Shown: piece by piece, positions 36,487-47,150 of the stretch | Position numbering within the stretch: the first letter of the stretch is position 1 | How the letters are laid out: every line of letters begins with the position of its first letter | IMG/VR virus record: IMGVR_UViG_3300027600_000049 | Span: 1-59,110 of that record | Length of the DNA stretch: 59,110 nt | Origin: a virus | Taxonomy: Duplodnaviria; Caudoviricetes | Strand: one strand, 5' to 3' | Translations under genes and position numbers: made by a program | The notes under the pieces: model-generated | Seen by the model: the letters and a program-made list of their open reading frames with translations, nothing else | Told to the model about the DNA's origin: nothing | The model's database searches: none

Positions 36487-36494
36487 GGTTAAAA

Positions 36495-38984
36495 ATGCCA
36501 CTCAAAAAACTTCTGCTCAGGCCCGGTGTAAATAAGGAGAACACCCGTTACACCAGTGAGAATGGGTGGTATGACTGTGACAAGATCCGCTTTCGCCAGG
36601 GTACGCCAGAGAAGATTGGCGGTTGGCAACAAATCTCTGCACAAAAGTTTATTGGTGTGTGCCGCTCCCTGTGGGCATGGGTTACGCTTGGCGCACAAAA
36701 GCTCTTGGGCGTAGGAACCAATTTAAAGTTTTACATCGAAAGCGGTGGCTTTTACTACGATATAACCCCGATCAATCAAACCAACACGCTGACCAATCCA
36801 TTTGCTATGGTGAGTGGATCGTCCACGGTAACGGTCACTGATGCAAACGGCGGGTACTCAAACAATGGCTATGTAACCTTCACGGGCTCATCGTCCAATG
36901 GTGGCATTACTTTGTTAGGGGAATACCTTTTAACCTATACCACCACGGCCAACACTTACACCGTACCCGTTCAATCGGAAGCGTCAATCTCTATTGCTGG
37001 TAACGTTCCCATCGCTGCCGGATCTTTTGTGATTGGTAATTCGTACAGCATAACATTTGTAGGAACCACTGATTTCACGTTAATTGGAGCGTCAGCTAAC
37101 ACTGTTGGCGTAGCGTTTATCGCTACAGGCGCTGGGTCTGGTTCTGGTACGGCCAAAGCAAATACTGTTTTTGCAACGCAGTTTCAGCTTGCAAATGGTG
37201 TGCAAGTAACGTTAACTACCACGGGTGTGCTTCCTTCGCCGTATGTTGCTGGAACAACCTATTACGTAGTAAATACTTCCGGCTACACATTTAGTCTATC
37301 TTTGACTTCTGGTGGAGTTGTGATTGATTCCGCAGGATCAGTTCAATCAGGGATTTGCACGGTAACGGCTAAGGCATCCTCGACTTCTGCTGCTGGTGGG
37401 GGCACTGTTCGGGCTGCTTATCAGATAGCCACTGGTGCTTCATATGCTGCTGCCGTTGTTGGCTGGGGCGGGGGAACCTGGGGATCTGGACTATGGGGCA
37501 TAGGAACATCATCGCAGCAGCCATTCCGTATGTGGAGTCAAAGTAACTTTGGTGAGGATCTTATCTTTGGCCCAAGCGGTGGTGGCATTTACTATTGGGA
37601 TGCAACTTTTGGGTTGACGGGTACGACATTCACTGTGACGATTGCTACGCCAGCAGTTTTGTCTACATCCATTACATTGGCTAATGGCATGGCAATTGTG
37701 CTGACTACAACGGGGGCGCTGCCTACCGGGTTAAATGTTGGTCAGGTGTACTACGTTATAAATTCAACGGGTACAGACTGTAATTTATCGGCTACTTATA
37801 ACGGTGCAGCCATTAATACTACGGGATCTCAATCAGGGGTTCATAAGATTGCCTCCAGGGCCATAGCTGCGGAAGATTACGGTGGCGCAACAGATGTGCC
37901 AATTGCCCAAAACTACATATTGGTATCTGATTCCAGCCGGTTTGTGTTTGCTTTTGGGGCCACGGAGTACGGATCAGCGACATTCAATCCAATGCTCATC
38001 CGCTGGTCAGACCAGGGAGATCCTTTCAATTGGACGCCAAGCCCCACTGTCGATGCTGGATTTACTTACCTTTCTCACGGGTCACAGATTATTACAGCCA
38101 TGCAGGCCCGTCAAGAAATCTTGGTGTGGACTGATTCATCTCTTTATTCTCTACAGTATGTGGGAGCCCCTAATGTATGGGCTCCACAAATTGTTGGCGA
38201 TAACATTTCTATTGCATCAGAAAACGCTGTTGCTTACGCTAACGGCGTGGCGTACTGGATGGGCGTGGATAAGTTCTACAAATACGATGGTAGAACCCAG
38301 ACACAGAATTGCGATCTGCGCCAATACGTGTTTTCAACCATCAATAAATCTCAATTTACCCAGGTTCTTGCAGGAACAAACGAGGGGTTTAATGAGATTT
38401 GGTGGTTCTATTGCTCTGGCACAAGCACCAATATTGACAGCTATGTGGTCTTTAACTACGCAGAAAACCAGGGCCAAGGCTGCTGGTACTACGGCTCAAT
38501 GGCTAGAACGGCTTGGCTGGATAGCGGTCTGCGAGACTATCCCCTTGCTGCCACCTACGACTACAACATCGTTAACCATGAGCAGGGCGTAGACGATAAC
38601 ACTACGGCGGTAACGTTACCAATTGAAGCTTTCATCACATCTGCTGAGATTGACTTGGAAGATGGGGATAGGTTTGGGTTTATTTGGCGTGTGCTGCCTG
38701 ACATTACGTTCAGGGGATCGACTGCGACCAGCCCTCAAGTGACGATGTATCTCAAGCCCATGCAAAACTCAGGCTCTGGGTATAACAGCCCAGCATCTGT
38801 TGGCGGAGAAAACAATGCTACTGTCACCAGAACGGCCATTCTCCCTATAGAGGAATTTACTGGTCAGATCTATACTCGGGTGAGAGGGAGGCAGATAGCT
38901 ATGGAGGTTAGATCTACGGCGGCAGGTGTGACTTGGCAGCTTGGCTCTCCACGTATCGACATCCGCCAGGACGGCAGACGCTGA
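36495..38984 (+). CDS. tail tubular/nozzle-like protein
   Basis: 829 aa; IRFRQG.PEKIGGW, IRWSDQ and YWMG motifs; position before ejection-type genes. Confidence 0.8.
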   Translation: MPLKKLLLRPGVNKENTRYTSENGWYDCDKIRFRQGTPEKIGGWQQISAQKFIGVCRSLWAWVTLGAQKLLGVGTNLKFYIESGGFYYDITPINQTNTLTNPFAMVSGSSTVTVTDANGGYSNNGYVTFTGSSSNGGITLLGEYLLTYTTTANTYTVPVQSEASISIAGNVPIAAGSFVIGNSYSITFVGTTDFTLIGASANTVGVAFIATGAGSGSGTAKANTVFATQFQLANGVQVTLTTTGVLPSPYVAGTTYYVVNTSGYTFSLSLTSGGVVIDSAGSVQSGICTVTAKASSTSAAGGGTVRAAYQIATGASYAAAVVGWGGGTWGSGLWGIGTSSQQPFRMWSQSNFGEDLIFGPSGGGIYYWDATFGLTGTTFTVTIATPAVLSTSITLANGMAIVLTTTGALPTGLNVGQVYYVINSTGTDCNLSATYNGAAINTTGSQSGVHKIASRAIAAEDYGGATDVPIAQNYILVSDSSRFVFAFGATEYGSATFNPMLIRWSDQGDPFNWTPSPTVDAGFTYLSHGSQIITAMQARQEILVWTDSSLYSLQYVGAPNVWAPQIVGDNISIASENAVAYANGVAYWMGVDKFYKYDGRTQTQNCDLRQYVFSTINKSQFTQVLAGTNEGFNEIWWFYCSGTSTNIDSYVVFNYAENQGQGCWYYGSMARTAWLDSGLRDYPLAATYDYNIVNHEQGVDDNTTAVTLPIEAFITSAEIDLEDGDRFGFIWRVLPDITFRGSTATSPQVTMYLKPMQNSGSGYNSPASVGGENNATVTRTAILPIEEFTGQIYTRVRGRQIAMEVRSTAAGVTWQLGSPRIDIRQDGRR

Positions 38985-39652
38985 TGGCAACTATTGTCAC
39001 CCGGTTCCTTCGCAAGTTCAGAGCGCCTGCGTTACCCGCATCACCCCTTGAATACATCCGCACGGACGAGGATCAGTTTCGCAACATCCTGCGTTTGTAT
39101 TTCAACCAGATTGATAGCGCATTTGGGGGTCTTCTGGACACAACCGGGGGAAAGTACGTTAACTTTCCCTACGGGGCATTTTCCTCTAACGCAGATCAAA
39201 CCGCCACGATCAATACAGCTACCCTGATGACGTTGAACACAACGGACTTCTCTAACCAAGTGTCCATGGGCACTGTAGCTGTTCCGTCCAACAGTAAGAT
39301 CACGGTGGCAAATGCCGGTATATACAACCTCCAATTCTCTGCTCAGTTCCAAAACACCGACACTGCTTTTCAAGATGTTTACATCTGGTTGCGGCAAAAC
39401 GGCGTGGACATTCCCGGGTCAACAGGATTTGTATCTATCCCCAACAGACACGCTGGAACAGATGGACACACAATAGTTGGATGGAATTATTTCTTGAGCA
39501 TGGCCGAAAATGATTACATTGAAATATATTGGTCTATACCCAATGCTGCTGTGAGCATCCAACACCTTGCTGCATCGGGTACTCCTACCAAGCCATCAAC
39601 CCAATCGGTTGTGGCTACCCTTTCATTTGTTTCAGCTTTACCGGTGACTTGA
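38984..39652 (+). CDS. tail-associated protein with a C1q-like beta domain
   Basis: LRLYFNQID; GIYNLQFSAQ...IWLRQNG...DYIEIYW. Confidence 0.7.
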   Translation: MATIVTRFLRKFRAPALPASPLEYIRTDEDQFRNILRLYFNQIDSAFGGLLDTTGGKYVNFPYGAFSSNADQTATINTATLMTLNTTDFSNQVSMGTVAVPSNSKITVANAGIYNLQFSAQFQNTDTAFQDVYIWLRQNGVDIPGSTGFVSIPNRHAGTDGHTIVGWNYFLSMAENDYIEIYWSIPNAAVSIQHLAASGTPTKPSTQSVVATLSFVSALPVT

Positions 39653-39653
39653 T

Positions 39654-42600
39654 ATGGCAACACCAGAAGAACTAGCCGCCCAAAGCGCAAATTATTTAAA
39701 TACCAACGTGACGCCCAACACGGGCGGTGATCCAAACGTTTATTTTAATGATGTTTCCGGTCAAGCAATGATTGGCGCAGACGGAAACCAGTATTATTTT
39801 GCTTCACGAGATTATGTAAACAGGGGTTTCATATCTCAAATGAATGGGAAAGATTATCAATTTTACAATGCAAGATTTTTAAATAAAGATGTCTTTGACA
39901 AAGCGCAACAATTTACTGCGCCAGATGGAACTCCTGGTTTTGTTTGGAAAGCGCAAGATGCTATTAATTTAAAAATAGCAAATAGTGAAGGTTTACCTAC
40001 ATATGGCGGCTACGACTTATCTAGTGGGCGTCCGCCAATTGTTGGAATTGGATACCCAAACGCCACGGGAAATGAACACTTAAACACTTTGTCATATGTG
40101 TCCATGCCTCAAAAGGTAAGCGATAAGAGGGTAGAGCAAAACTATATCACCAATGACGGGACGGTATCGGGGGCAAATTTCAGCGGACACCGAGGCTACG
40201 AGTATTATGTAAATGGATGGCTTGCGGACAGATTGAGGGCGGGGCTTCCCACTGTCAATGCAATCATGCCAATTGTGTTGGAGGTGATTTCTCCAGGCAT
40301 GGGATTGGGGGCAATTTATGCCACATACTCTGCCTCCACAGCTGCCACTATTCAAGCGTTAACCACCGGGAATATTGAAAAAGGTGTTGTTGATCTTGCA
40401 AAGATATATGCCGCAGGACAGGTTTCGGATCTTGTATCAAAAGGGGTAAGTGCTTATATGCCCGTTGCTGAGTTGGGCAAAGTGGCAACAGCCATTTTAG
40501 GTAACGCAGGAACAAGCGCTATTGTTGCGGGCATATACGGCAAAGATGTCGGCAAAGCTTTCATTGATGGCGGCATTGCAGCTGGTATTGGTTCCGTTGC
40601 CGGGTCAATATCTGGCTTTTCACAGCTTCCCGTACCAATTCAACGAGTCTTTGCCGCCGCAGTCACAACGAGCTTGCAGGGCAAGTCCCAAAAAGAAATG
40701 GATGCCGCCACATTGCAAGCGGCAATCACTGCTGGCCTGGGTGCTATTGCAAACGGCCTGGAAGCAAACTCCAAGATCCAAAAAGAACTTGGCCGGGAGG
40801 CTACGGCTGATGAATTAAATAAGTTTATCTGGTATACAAACAGAGATTCAAACTTTGACGCAAAAGTTTATAACTATATGGGAGAAGTCAAAAAAAACTT
40901 CTCGCTACAGAATGGCTTTGACACATACACCCTGGACGGTGTTGATTACAAGATCTCCGCTACAGAGCTTAACAATTACGCAATAGGCGAAGACTGGAAA
41001 AATTGGACTGAGAAGCAAAACGCTGCAAAGCAGGGCATAACAGACCCATATGAGTATCGTGATGTTTTGGCACGCAACGAAGGGTGGGGCGGCGATGCGC
41101 AAAAGGCTACAGCAAAGTTAAGCGGCTTTGAAACTCCCGGTGAATACGCAACGGCAAGTACATTGGGCCTTGACTCAATGGCTGAGTATCAAGAATTTCA
41201 AAGCAAAGCCGCTCTGTTTAAAGAAATTACTAGAAGAGATGCCACGCCTAATGACATCAAACCGTTTCTTGCAAACATCCCGACAATCGCAGATGCCCAA
41301 GAGGTGTTGCGTGAAGTCACCAATGACAAAAAACCAAAAGATAAAGATAAAAAATACGACTACGATGGCAATGGCTTAGTTGAGTTGGCCGATGCCCTTG
41401 AGATGCTTAAGGCGGAAAAGGGATTATCTAAGGTCACGCCAAACCCAGACACAATTTGGGGGAAATCTGGCTTAACTGATGCTGATTTCAAAACAAAAGT
41501 AACTGACAGCACAGAACAAGAAAAGATTATTTCTTTTCTTAAAGACAGTGGAATGCAATCCAGCCCTGAGTTGGTTGATGCAATTAAGAAAGATTGGTCA
41601 TTTGATCCTAGTAAACCCACTTCTGGTCTATCTGATGCTGTTGCCAAGTCTGATTCTTTGTACACAGATGCCGATGAGGTAAGGGCGCAATTTAAAGCTG
41701 TGTACAACAGGGATCCGAGCGCAGATGATCTTAAGTCATTGCAGAAGTTTGTTGGCCCACGGGATGAGGAATCGACCTTTGCGGCAATAAATGCTCAGTT
41801 AGATCCTTTGGTAACAGATTCCAGCGAGGCCAAAGACTTTTTGAAGGGTGTGCTTGGTAGAGATCCTACTGATGCCGAGGTACAAAAGTTTATTGGCGAA
41901 CGGCCAGAGTCTCAAACTCTTACAGCCCAGAATGCATATGACACGTTGATTGGGTTTATGGATGCAAACGTGCCTATTGGCAGCTATAACAAAGACATTA
42001 CCTCTGTTGACTTTGATGAAGATTTAGTTGCTGGGCCTGCTGGTGCGCCTAAGCCATTGAGAGCAAATCAAATAGTTGTGGATGCTAATGGTTTGCCCAA
42101 GACCATTGGCATTATGGACTTTGCAACCGGGAAGATTGTTCCTGCTCCTCTTTCACTCAATGCAAATGGTGGCTACTACTACATTGCCGATGGAAGAATA
42201 ATAGGTGTTGATGCAACTGTTTTTGAGCGTGAGTTTGCTAAAAGCAATCCATCAAAATATCTTGAGTTGATGAGTCGGATTTACCCGAAAGATGGCGACA
42301 TAAACGTTACCAATGAGGCGCTGCGCCGCCAAGGATTTTCCTATGGGCCAAATAGAGAAATAACTACTATAAATGTAGATGCAAAAGACTTGACGGCTGA
42401 GTTGGCAAGACAGGGAAGGCCCACTAAACCACTTGATATTGTGCGAATATACGGAGGACTTGACGCCGCCGAAACGGCTATGGGTCTTGAGGTATTGAGA
42501 CAAATCCCAGGAATGTCCTCATTCCTTGCTGGTGGGGATTCATATGCCAGAGAGCTTGTAAAAGCTATTAATGATGCAAAGAATGATCCCAATTCAGCCC

Positions 42601-43691
42601 CTGGATCTTCTCAAGTTTTTAAAGACGAACTTCAAAAGATATTTGATAGAAATCCAGGAATTGTTGACAATCCAATTTTTAACGACATAAATGCCATTCT
42701 CAATCCACCTCTTAAGCCCCTAACGCCGGTTACCTTAACTCCTGAACCGCCTATTCCAACTATAAACGTAGGCGGCGATGAGTTTCTAACTGGCTTTGAA
42801 GACTTTGTAATCATATCCTATGACCCTGCAACAAAGAAAGCTGTAATTGCGCATGACGATGGCAAAGAGGAGACGGTAATACTTCCATATGATGTCAATC
42901 CCAATGAAATCATTAAGATGGATTTGGATACCAAAACAATTGAGCCAAAACCTACGCCTACGCCTACGCCTACAGCCGTGCGTCCGCCTGTAGTAATCGT
43001 AGGGCCAACTCCTACGCCTGATCGTCCGACTGAGCCAACGCCTACTCCAACGCCAACTCCTACAACTTCTCCCACAACTTCACCTACAACTGCGCCCACA
43101 GCTACACCTACAACTTCTCCTACGACTTTACCTACAACTACACCGGAGCCAACACCTAGTCCTAGTCCGACTCCAGTTTCGCCAACACCCACGCCTGTTA
43201 CGCCCACCCCTACACCAGCGGAGCCCACTCCAACGCCGGTTACGCCTACGCCTACGCCGACTGAACCAACGCCTACACCCGTAGTAACTCCTACTCCCGT
43301 TGTAACGCCGGAGCCGTCAGCTACCCCTACACCGACTCCTACGCCCACCCCTACACCGACACCCACGCCGACCCCTGCGCCATCGGTAAAAGTACCAACG
43401 CCTAAAACTAGGCAACAAACGGCTGCGGATAAACTGATCGCTGCAATGACGGCTGGATCGCCTGCTGCGATGACTGCGCCAACAACGCCGCCCTTAGTTG
43501 AGGCGTCAAACATACTTGACTTTAGAGATCCCCTAAATGTGGGCTTCTTTAGCCAACCAACGCCCGAGAAAAAAGATACCCAAGATCAACCGAGGGTAGT
43601 TAAAATTGCCCAGGGCGGCTATATGAATGCGCTTTTTCCCCAGGAAGAAGTTACTATGGACGAAATCCTGCGAATCCTAGAAGGAAGATGA
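39654..43691 (+). CDS. large putative internal virion/ejection protein with PT-rich repeats
   Basis: 1345 aa; G/A-rich hydrophobic helices; repeated (L/Y)xRxPT helical motif; dockerin-like loop; ends IAQGG. Confidence 0.7.
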   Translation: MATPEELAAQSANYLNTNVTPNTGGDPNVYFNDVSGQAMIGADGNQYYFASRDYVNRGFISQMNGKDYQFYNARFLNKDVFDKAQQFTAPDGTPGFVWKAQDAINLKIANSEGLPTYGGYDLSSGRPPIVGIGYPNATGNEHLNTLSYVSMPQKVSDKRVEQNYITNDGTVSGANFSGHRGYEYYVNGWLADRLRAGLPTVNAIMPIVLEVISPGMGLGAIYATYSASTAATIQALTTGNIEKGVVDLAKIYAAGQVSDLVSKGVSAYMPVAELGKVATAILGNAGTSAIVAGIYGKDVGKAFIDGGIAAGIGSVAGSISGFSQLPVPIQRVFAAAVTTSLQGKSQKEMDAATLQAAITAGLGAIANGLEANSKIQKELGREATADELNKFIWYTNRDSNFDAKVYNYMGEVKKNFSLQNGFDTYTLDGVDYKISATELNNYAIGEDWKNWTEKQNAAKQGITDPYEYRDVLARNEGWGGDAQKATAKLSGFETPGEYATASTLGLDSMAEYQEFQSKAALFKEITRRDATPNDIKPFLANIPTIADAQEVLREVTNDKKPKDKDKKYDYDGNGLVELADALEMLKAEKGLSKVTPNPDTIWGKSGLTDADFKTKVTDSTEQEKIISFLKDSGMQSSPELVDAIKKDWSFDPSKPTSGLSDAVAKSDSLYTDADEVRAQFKAVYNRDPSADDLKSLQKFVGPRDEESTFAAINAQLDPLVTDSSEAKDFLKGVLGRDPTDAEVQKFIGERPESQTLTAQNAYDTLIGFMDANVPIGSYNKDITSVDFDEDLVAGPAGAPKPLRANQIVVDANGLPKTIGIMDFATGKIVPAPLSLNANGGYYYIADGRIIGVDATVFEREFAKSNPSKYLELMSRIYPKDGDINVTNEALRRQGFSYGPNREITTINVDAKDLTAELARQGRPTKPLDIVRIYGGLDAAETAMGLEVLRQIPGMSSFLAGGDSYARELVKAINDAKNDPNSAPGSSQVFKDELQKIFDRNPGIVDNPIFNDINAILNPPLKPLTPVTLTPEPPIPTINVGGDEFLTGFEDFVIISYDPATKKAVIAHDDGKEETVILPYDVNPNEIIKMDLDTKTIEPKPTPTPTPTAVRPPVVIVGPTPTPDRPTEPTPTPTPTPTTSPTTSPTTAPTATPTTSPTTLPTTTPEPTPSPSPTPVSPTPTPVTPTPTPAEPTPTPVTPTPTPTEPTPTPVVTPTPVVTPEPSATPTPTPTPTPTPTPTPTPAPSVKVPTPKTRQQTAADKLIAAMTAGSPAAMTAPTTPPLVEASNILDFRDPLNVGFFSQPTPEKKDTQDQPRVVKIAQGGYMNALFPQEEVTMDEILRILEGR
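42950..43400 (+). repeat. Pro-Thr coding repeats
   Basis: PTPTPT/SPTT tracts with mixed codons. Confidence 0.85.
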
Positions 43692-43692
43692 T

Positions 43693-45615
43693 ATGACTGA
43701 TACAGTTGATGACGGCACTTCAATGGGCGACTTTACCTTCGGTGACGGCACCGCAATGGGCGACTTCAACTTTGATTGGTCTGGTGGTGTAGACACATCA
43801 GCATCAGACAAGGTGACGCAATACCAAAATTACCTGGATTTTTACAACAATCCTGCTAACTTGGATCTTATTAACGAGGCTCAAGCTGTTGTTCAAAATC
43901 CAACAGGCAGGCAAGTTATTGAAGATGCCATCAATACTCTGGGTAATGCTGCCGGGTCGTTCATTAAAAACTACCTGTATGACTCAAAGACAAAGCAGTT
44001 TAACGTAGCCGGTATTGCTACGGCTGCTATGGCCCTTAAGGCTTTGCAGGGAGGCGATAAACCACAGTCAAACTCATATCAGGGCAGTATTCCCAACTAC
44101 ACCGCTGTCAGGAAACAGGTTGAATACAACGATCCCAATCGTGTCCCTGGCTCTGCTGGGCGGAGTTACTTTACTGATACTCAGTATGTAACCCCAGGTG
44201 GTGTAGATGCCGCAAATACTGCTGCCGCCACCCAAGCGCAAGGCATTTTGTCAGGGTACAGACCTGCTCCGTCCCCATCGGTTAATCCATACGCGGGCAA
44301 GTTTAGGATGGCATATGAACCTACACCGACTACCACCCCAACTGGTAACGTTACCACTGATGACGCTTCCGGCGTGGCTGCACTGATGCCAGCACAGTTT
44401 GCCCGTGGTGGCGTAGCTAGGTATTTGCAAGGCCAAACAGACGGAATGGCTGACAAGATCCCGTCTTCTATTGATGGGAAGCAAAAGGCCGCCTTGAGTC
44501 ACGGCGAGTTTGTTATCCCTGCTGATGTTGTCTCTCACCTTGGCAATGGAAACTCTGATGCCGGAGCCAAAAAGCTGTATGAGATGATGTCTCGTGTACG
44601 TAAAGCGCGCACTGGAAACCCCGAACAGGGCAAGAAAATCAACCCTGACAAGTTCATGCCAGGGGGGCAGGTTGGCTTTGCTGCTGGTGGTATAGCCAAG
44701 TTTCAAGGCGGCGGGCCAGCAGGCACGGGTGTGGTAACTCCCACCATAACTTCACAAGGCACATCTACTGCTCAAGGTCTTTCTACCTGGGCTGGGCCAA
44801 TGGTGTCTGACTACCTTGGTAAAGGTATGGCTGTAGCCAATACTCCATATCAGGCGTACAAAGGGCCGCTGACCGCTGGTGCCTCAGACCTTCAACAACA
44901 GCAATTTGCCGGTCTGTCTGATGTGGCTAAGACGGGATATACGCCTACGCAATTTAAAGGCGGTATCTTTGACACAAATGCTGCCCAGGCGTACATGAAT
45001 CCATTTCTTGATGTTGCACTCAATCCGCAATTGGAAGAGTTGCGCCGTCAGGGACAGATTACCAACCGGGCAAATCAAGCTCAAGCTACCAAGATGGGAG
45101 CATTTGGCAGTTCCGGCTCGGCACTATCCAAAACAGAAGGTGAGCGTAACGTCCTGGATAAGATGCAATCGGCTCTGGGCCAGGGATACAGTACAGCCTA
45201 CGATAAGGCTATGGCCCAGTTTAACGCCGACCAAACCCGGCAGGCAACAGCAGACCAGAACACAGAAGCATCACGACAGTACGGTGCTAATTTTGGTCTT
45301 ACCACCCTTGATAAGCTGGGTGCGGCTGGCACGGTTCAGCGTGATATTGAGCAGCAAGGTCTTACGGCGGACAAGAAACAGTTTGAAGAAGAGCGGGAAG
45401 ATCCGGCGCAAAAAGTTCAGTTCCAGAAAAACTTGCTTGCTGGTTTGCCTATTACAACGACTGAATCAACAAATATGCAGGGCGAGATTGCAAAGATTAG
45501 CGATCAGATTGCCGGTCTGACTTCGCTGTATCGATCTTTGCAAGGTCTGGGTCAGGCTTCACCAACACCCACCCCCACTCCAACGACAGTTGCTACACCC
45601 ACTCCAACCCGTTAA
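43693..45615 (+). CDS. putative ejection/DNA-transfer protein
   Basis: FARGG...DG.AD.IP...LSHGEFVIPADVVS.LGNG; YMNPF; GAFG motifs. Confidence 0.75.
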   Translation: MTDTVDDGTSMGDFTFGDGTAMGDFNFDWSGGVDTSASDKVTQYQNYLDFYNNPANLDLINEAQAVVQNPTGRQVIEDAINTLGNAAGSFIKNYLYDSKTKQFNVAGIATAAMALKALQGGDKPQSNSYQGSIPNYTAVRKQVEYNDPNRVPGSAGRSYFTDTQYVTPGGVDAANTAAATQAQGILSGYRPAPSPSVNPYAGKFRMAYEPTPTTTPTGNVTTDDASGVAALMPAQFARGGVARYLQGQTDGMADKIPSSIDGKQKAALSHGEFVIPADVVSHLGNGNSDAGAKKLYEMMSRVRKARTGNPEQGKKINPDKFMPGGQVGFAAGGIAKFQGGGPAGTGVVTPTITSQGTSTAQGLSTWAGPMVSDYLGKGMAVANTPYQAYKGPLTAGASDLQQQQFAGLSDVAKTGYTPTQFKGGIFDTNAAQAYMNPFLDVALNPQLEELRRQGQITNRANQAQATKMGAFGSSGSALSKTEGERNVLDKMQSALGQGYSTAYDKAMAQFNADQTRQATADQNTEASRQYGANFGLTTLDKLGAAGTVQRDIEQQGLTADKKQFEEEREDPAQKVQFQKNLLAGLPITTTESTNMQGEIAKISDQIAGLTSLYRSLQGLGQASPTPTPTPTTVATPTPTR

Positions 45616-45632
45616 GTTTCTAAGGGAAAGAT

Positions 45633-47147
45633 ATGAATCTCGTACAAATCAATGAGCATTTAAAAGACGTTCCCATTCAGAAGCTGATGGAGTATGCCAA
45701 CGGCAAAGATCCAATGGTTCCTGCTTATATGGCTACGGGTGAGATGCAACGCAGGGAGGTCATGCAGCAAAGAATGGCCGCAAGCCAACAAGCTGCACAA
45801 GGCAAACAGCCCACTGTTAAAGAGCAAGTTGAGCAGAAGGCTGGACTGATGGCCCTTCAGGCTAAGCAGCAGGAAATGGCTCAGCAACAGCAAGCTCAGC
45901 AGCCTCCGCAGCAGCCCATGCCCGTGCCTCCCGGCATACCCCAGCCTCCCATGCAGGAAGAAGAACAACCTCAGTTTGAGGCCGCAAGTGGTGGTATTGC
46001 CCGTCTACCAGTGCGAGATGATATGTTTCGGTTTGGCAGCGGTGGAATCATTGCCTTTGCTGGGGGCAATCAAGTGCCGGTGGTTGAAGAAACAGAAGAG
46101 GAAAAACGGCGCAAAGCACAATTCGATGAATCTTATGAACATCGGTATGAATTGCCTACGCAAAAGCCAGAACCTGCTGCCGAGAAGCCGCTGAATCTGC
46201 AAGAGATCCTTTCCGATCCATCGGCTAGAAAAGCTGCAATGTCGGTGCTGACTCCTCAACAGTTATCTCAAATCAATGCAGAACGATTGCAAGCCCGTGA
46301 ATTGGCTGGTGTGAAGGGTGAGTACGGAGAAGAGCAGCGGAGACGTTTAGCCCAAGAGGAAGAGCAATACAAAGCAATGCTCAAGGATCGTGAATTTAAC
46401 AGGGCGCTTGCTGTGTTAAGTGGCATGGGTCGTGGCGGTCTGGGTGGTGCAGCCCCTGCTTATTTGCAGTCACAAGCGGCTGAGCAATCTGCGGACATTG
46501 CGCAGAAGCGCCGTATGAATGAGTTGTATGGTGGCCTTGACAAAGCGCAGCGTGAAGAGGCAATGGGTGCTGCTACCGGCATGACAACTGAGCAAGCTCG
46601 GCAAAGGAATTTGGCTGGTACTGTTGGCGGTACGATGTACTCCGCACAAACGCAAGGTCTTGCCGCCTTGGAGGCTGAAGATCGCAGAACAAAGAGCGAG
46701 GCTGAACGTCAAAGACTTTTGCTTGCATCTAACGAGAGAATTGCGCAGCTAAGCAAAGACACGCAAGAAAGAATTGCGCGTCTTGATCGTGATTTACGCG
46801 CAAGGCTGCACAGCACACCATCGGCAACGCTTGAGTCAGAGATGATTGGTTCTTATATGACAGAAGGCTTAAGCAGGACTGAAGCTTACGAAAGAATTCA
46901 GGCTCTTAGGGGCGGATCTAGAGGTGCTTTAACGCAAGATCAAGCTGTTGACAATGTGCAAAAGTTCCTTGAAAGCCCGCTTGGTATGCAGCAAATGACG
47001 CAGGAGAAAAAGAAAGCAGAGCAAGCCGGTGTTCCCTTTGATGCCAAAGCCTTCAGAGATAAATTGATTCAAGAGGAAATGGGTAAATCTAGCCGTCCAG
47101 GCGGTGCTGCTGGTAAAGTAGACACATCCAATCCCTTGCTGAAGTAA
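45633..47147 (+). CDS. putative ejection protein (Q/A/E-rich coiled coil)
   Basis: AASGGIARLP and FGSGGIIAF motifs; position. Confidence 0.7.
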   Translation: MNLVQINEHLKDVPIQKLMEYANGKDPMVPAYMATGEMQRREVMQQRMAASQQAAQGKQPTVKEQVEQKAGLMALQAKQQEMAQQQQAQQPPQQPMPVPPGIPQPPMQEEEQPQFEAASGGIARLPVRDDMFRFGSGGIIAFAGGNQVPVVEETEEEKRRKAQFDESYEHRYELPTQKPEPAAEKPLNLQEILSDPSARKAAMSVLTPQQLSQINAERLQARELAGVKGEYGEEQRRRLAQEEEQYKAMLKDREFNRALAVLSGMGRGGLGGAAPAYLQSQAAEQSADIAQKRRMNELYGGLDKAQREEAMGAATGMTTEQARQRNLAGTVGGTMYSAQTQGLAALEAEDRRTKSEAERQRLLLASNERIAQLSKDTQERIARLDRDLRARLHSTPSATLESEMIGSYMTEGLSRTEAYERIQALRGGSRGALTQDQAVDNVQKFLESPLGMQQMTQEKKKAEQAGVPFDAKAFRDKLIQEEMGKSSRPGGAAGKVDTSNPLLK

Positions 47148-47150
47148 GCC

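Noticed and set aside
42818-43513. Antisense GV-repeat ORF and other long antisense ORFs (e.g. 19949..20701)
   Set aside because: They are shadows of the Pro-Thr repeat or of biased sense-strand codons; no RBS or motifs
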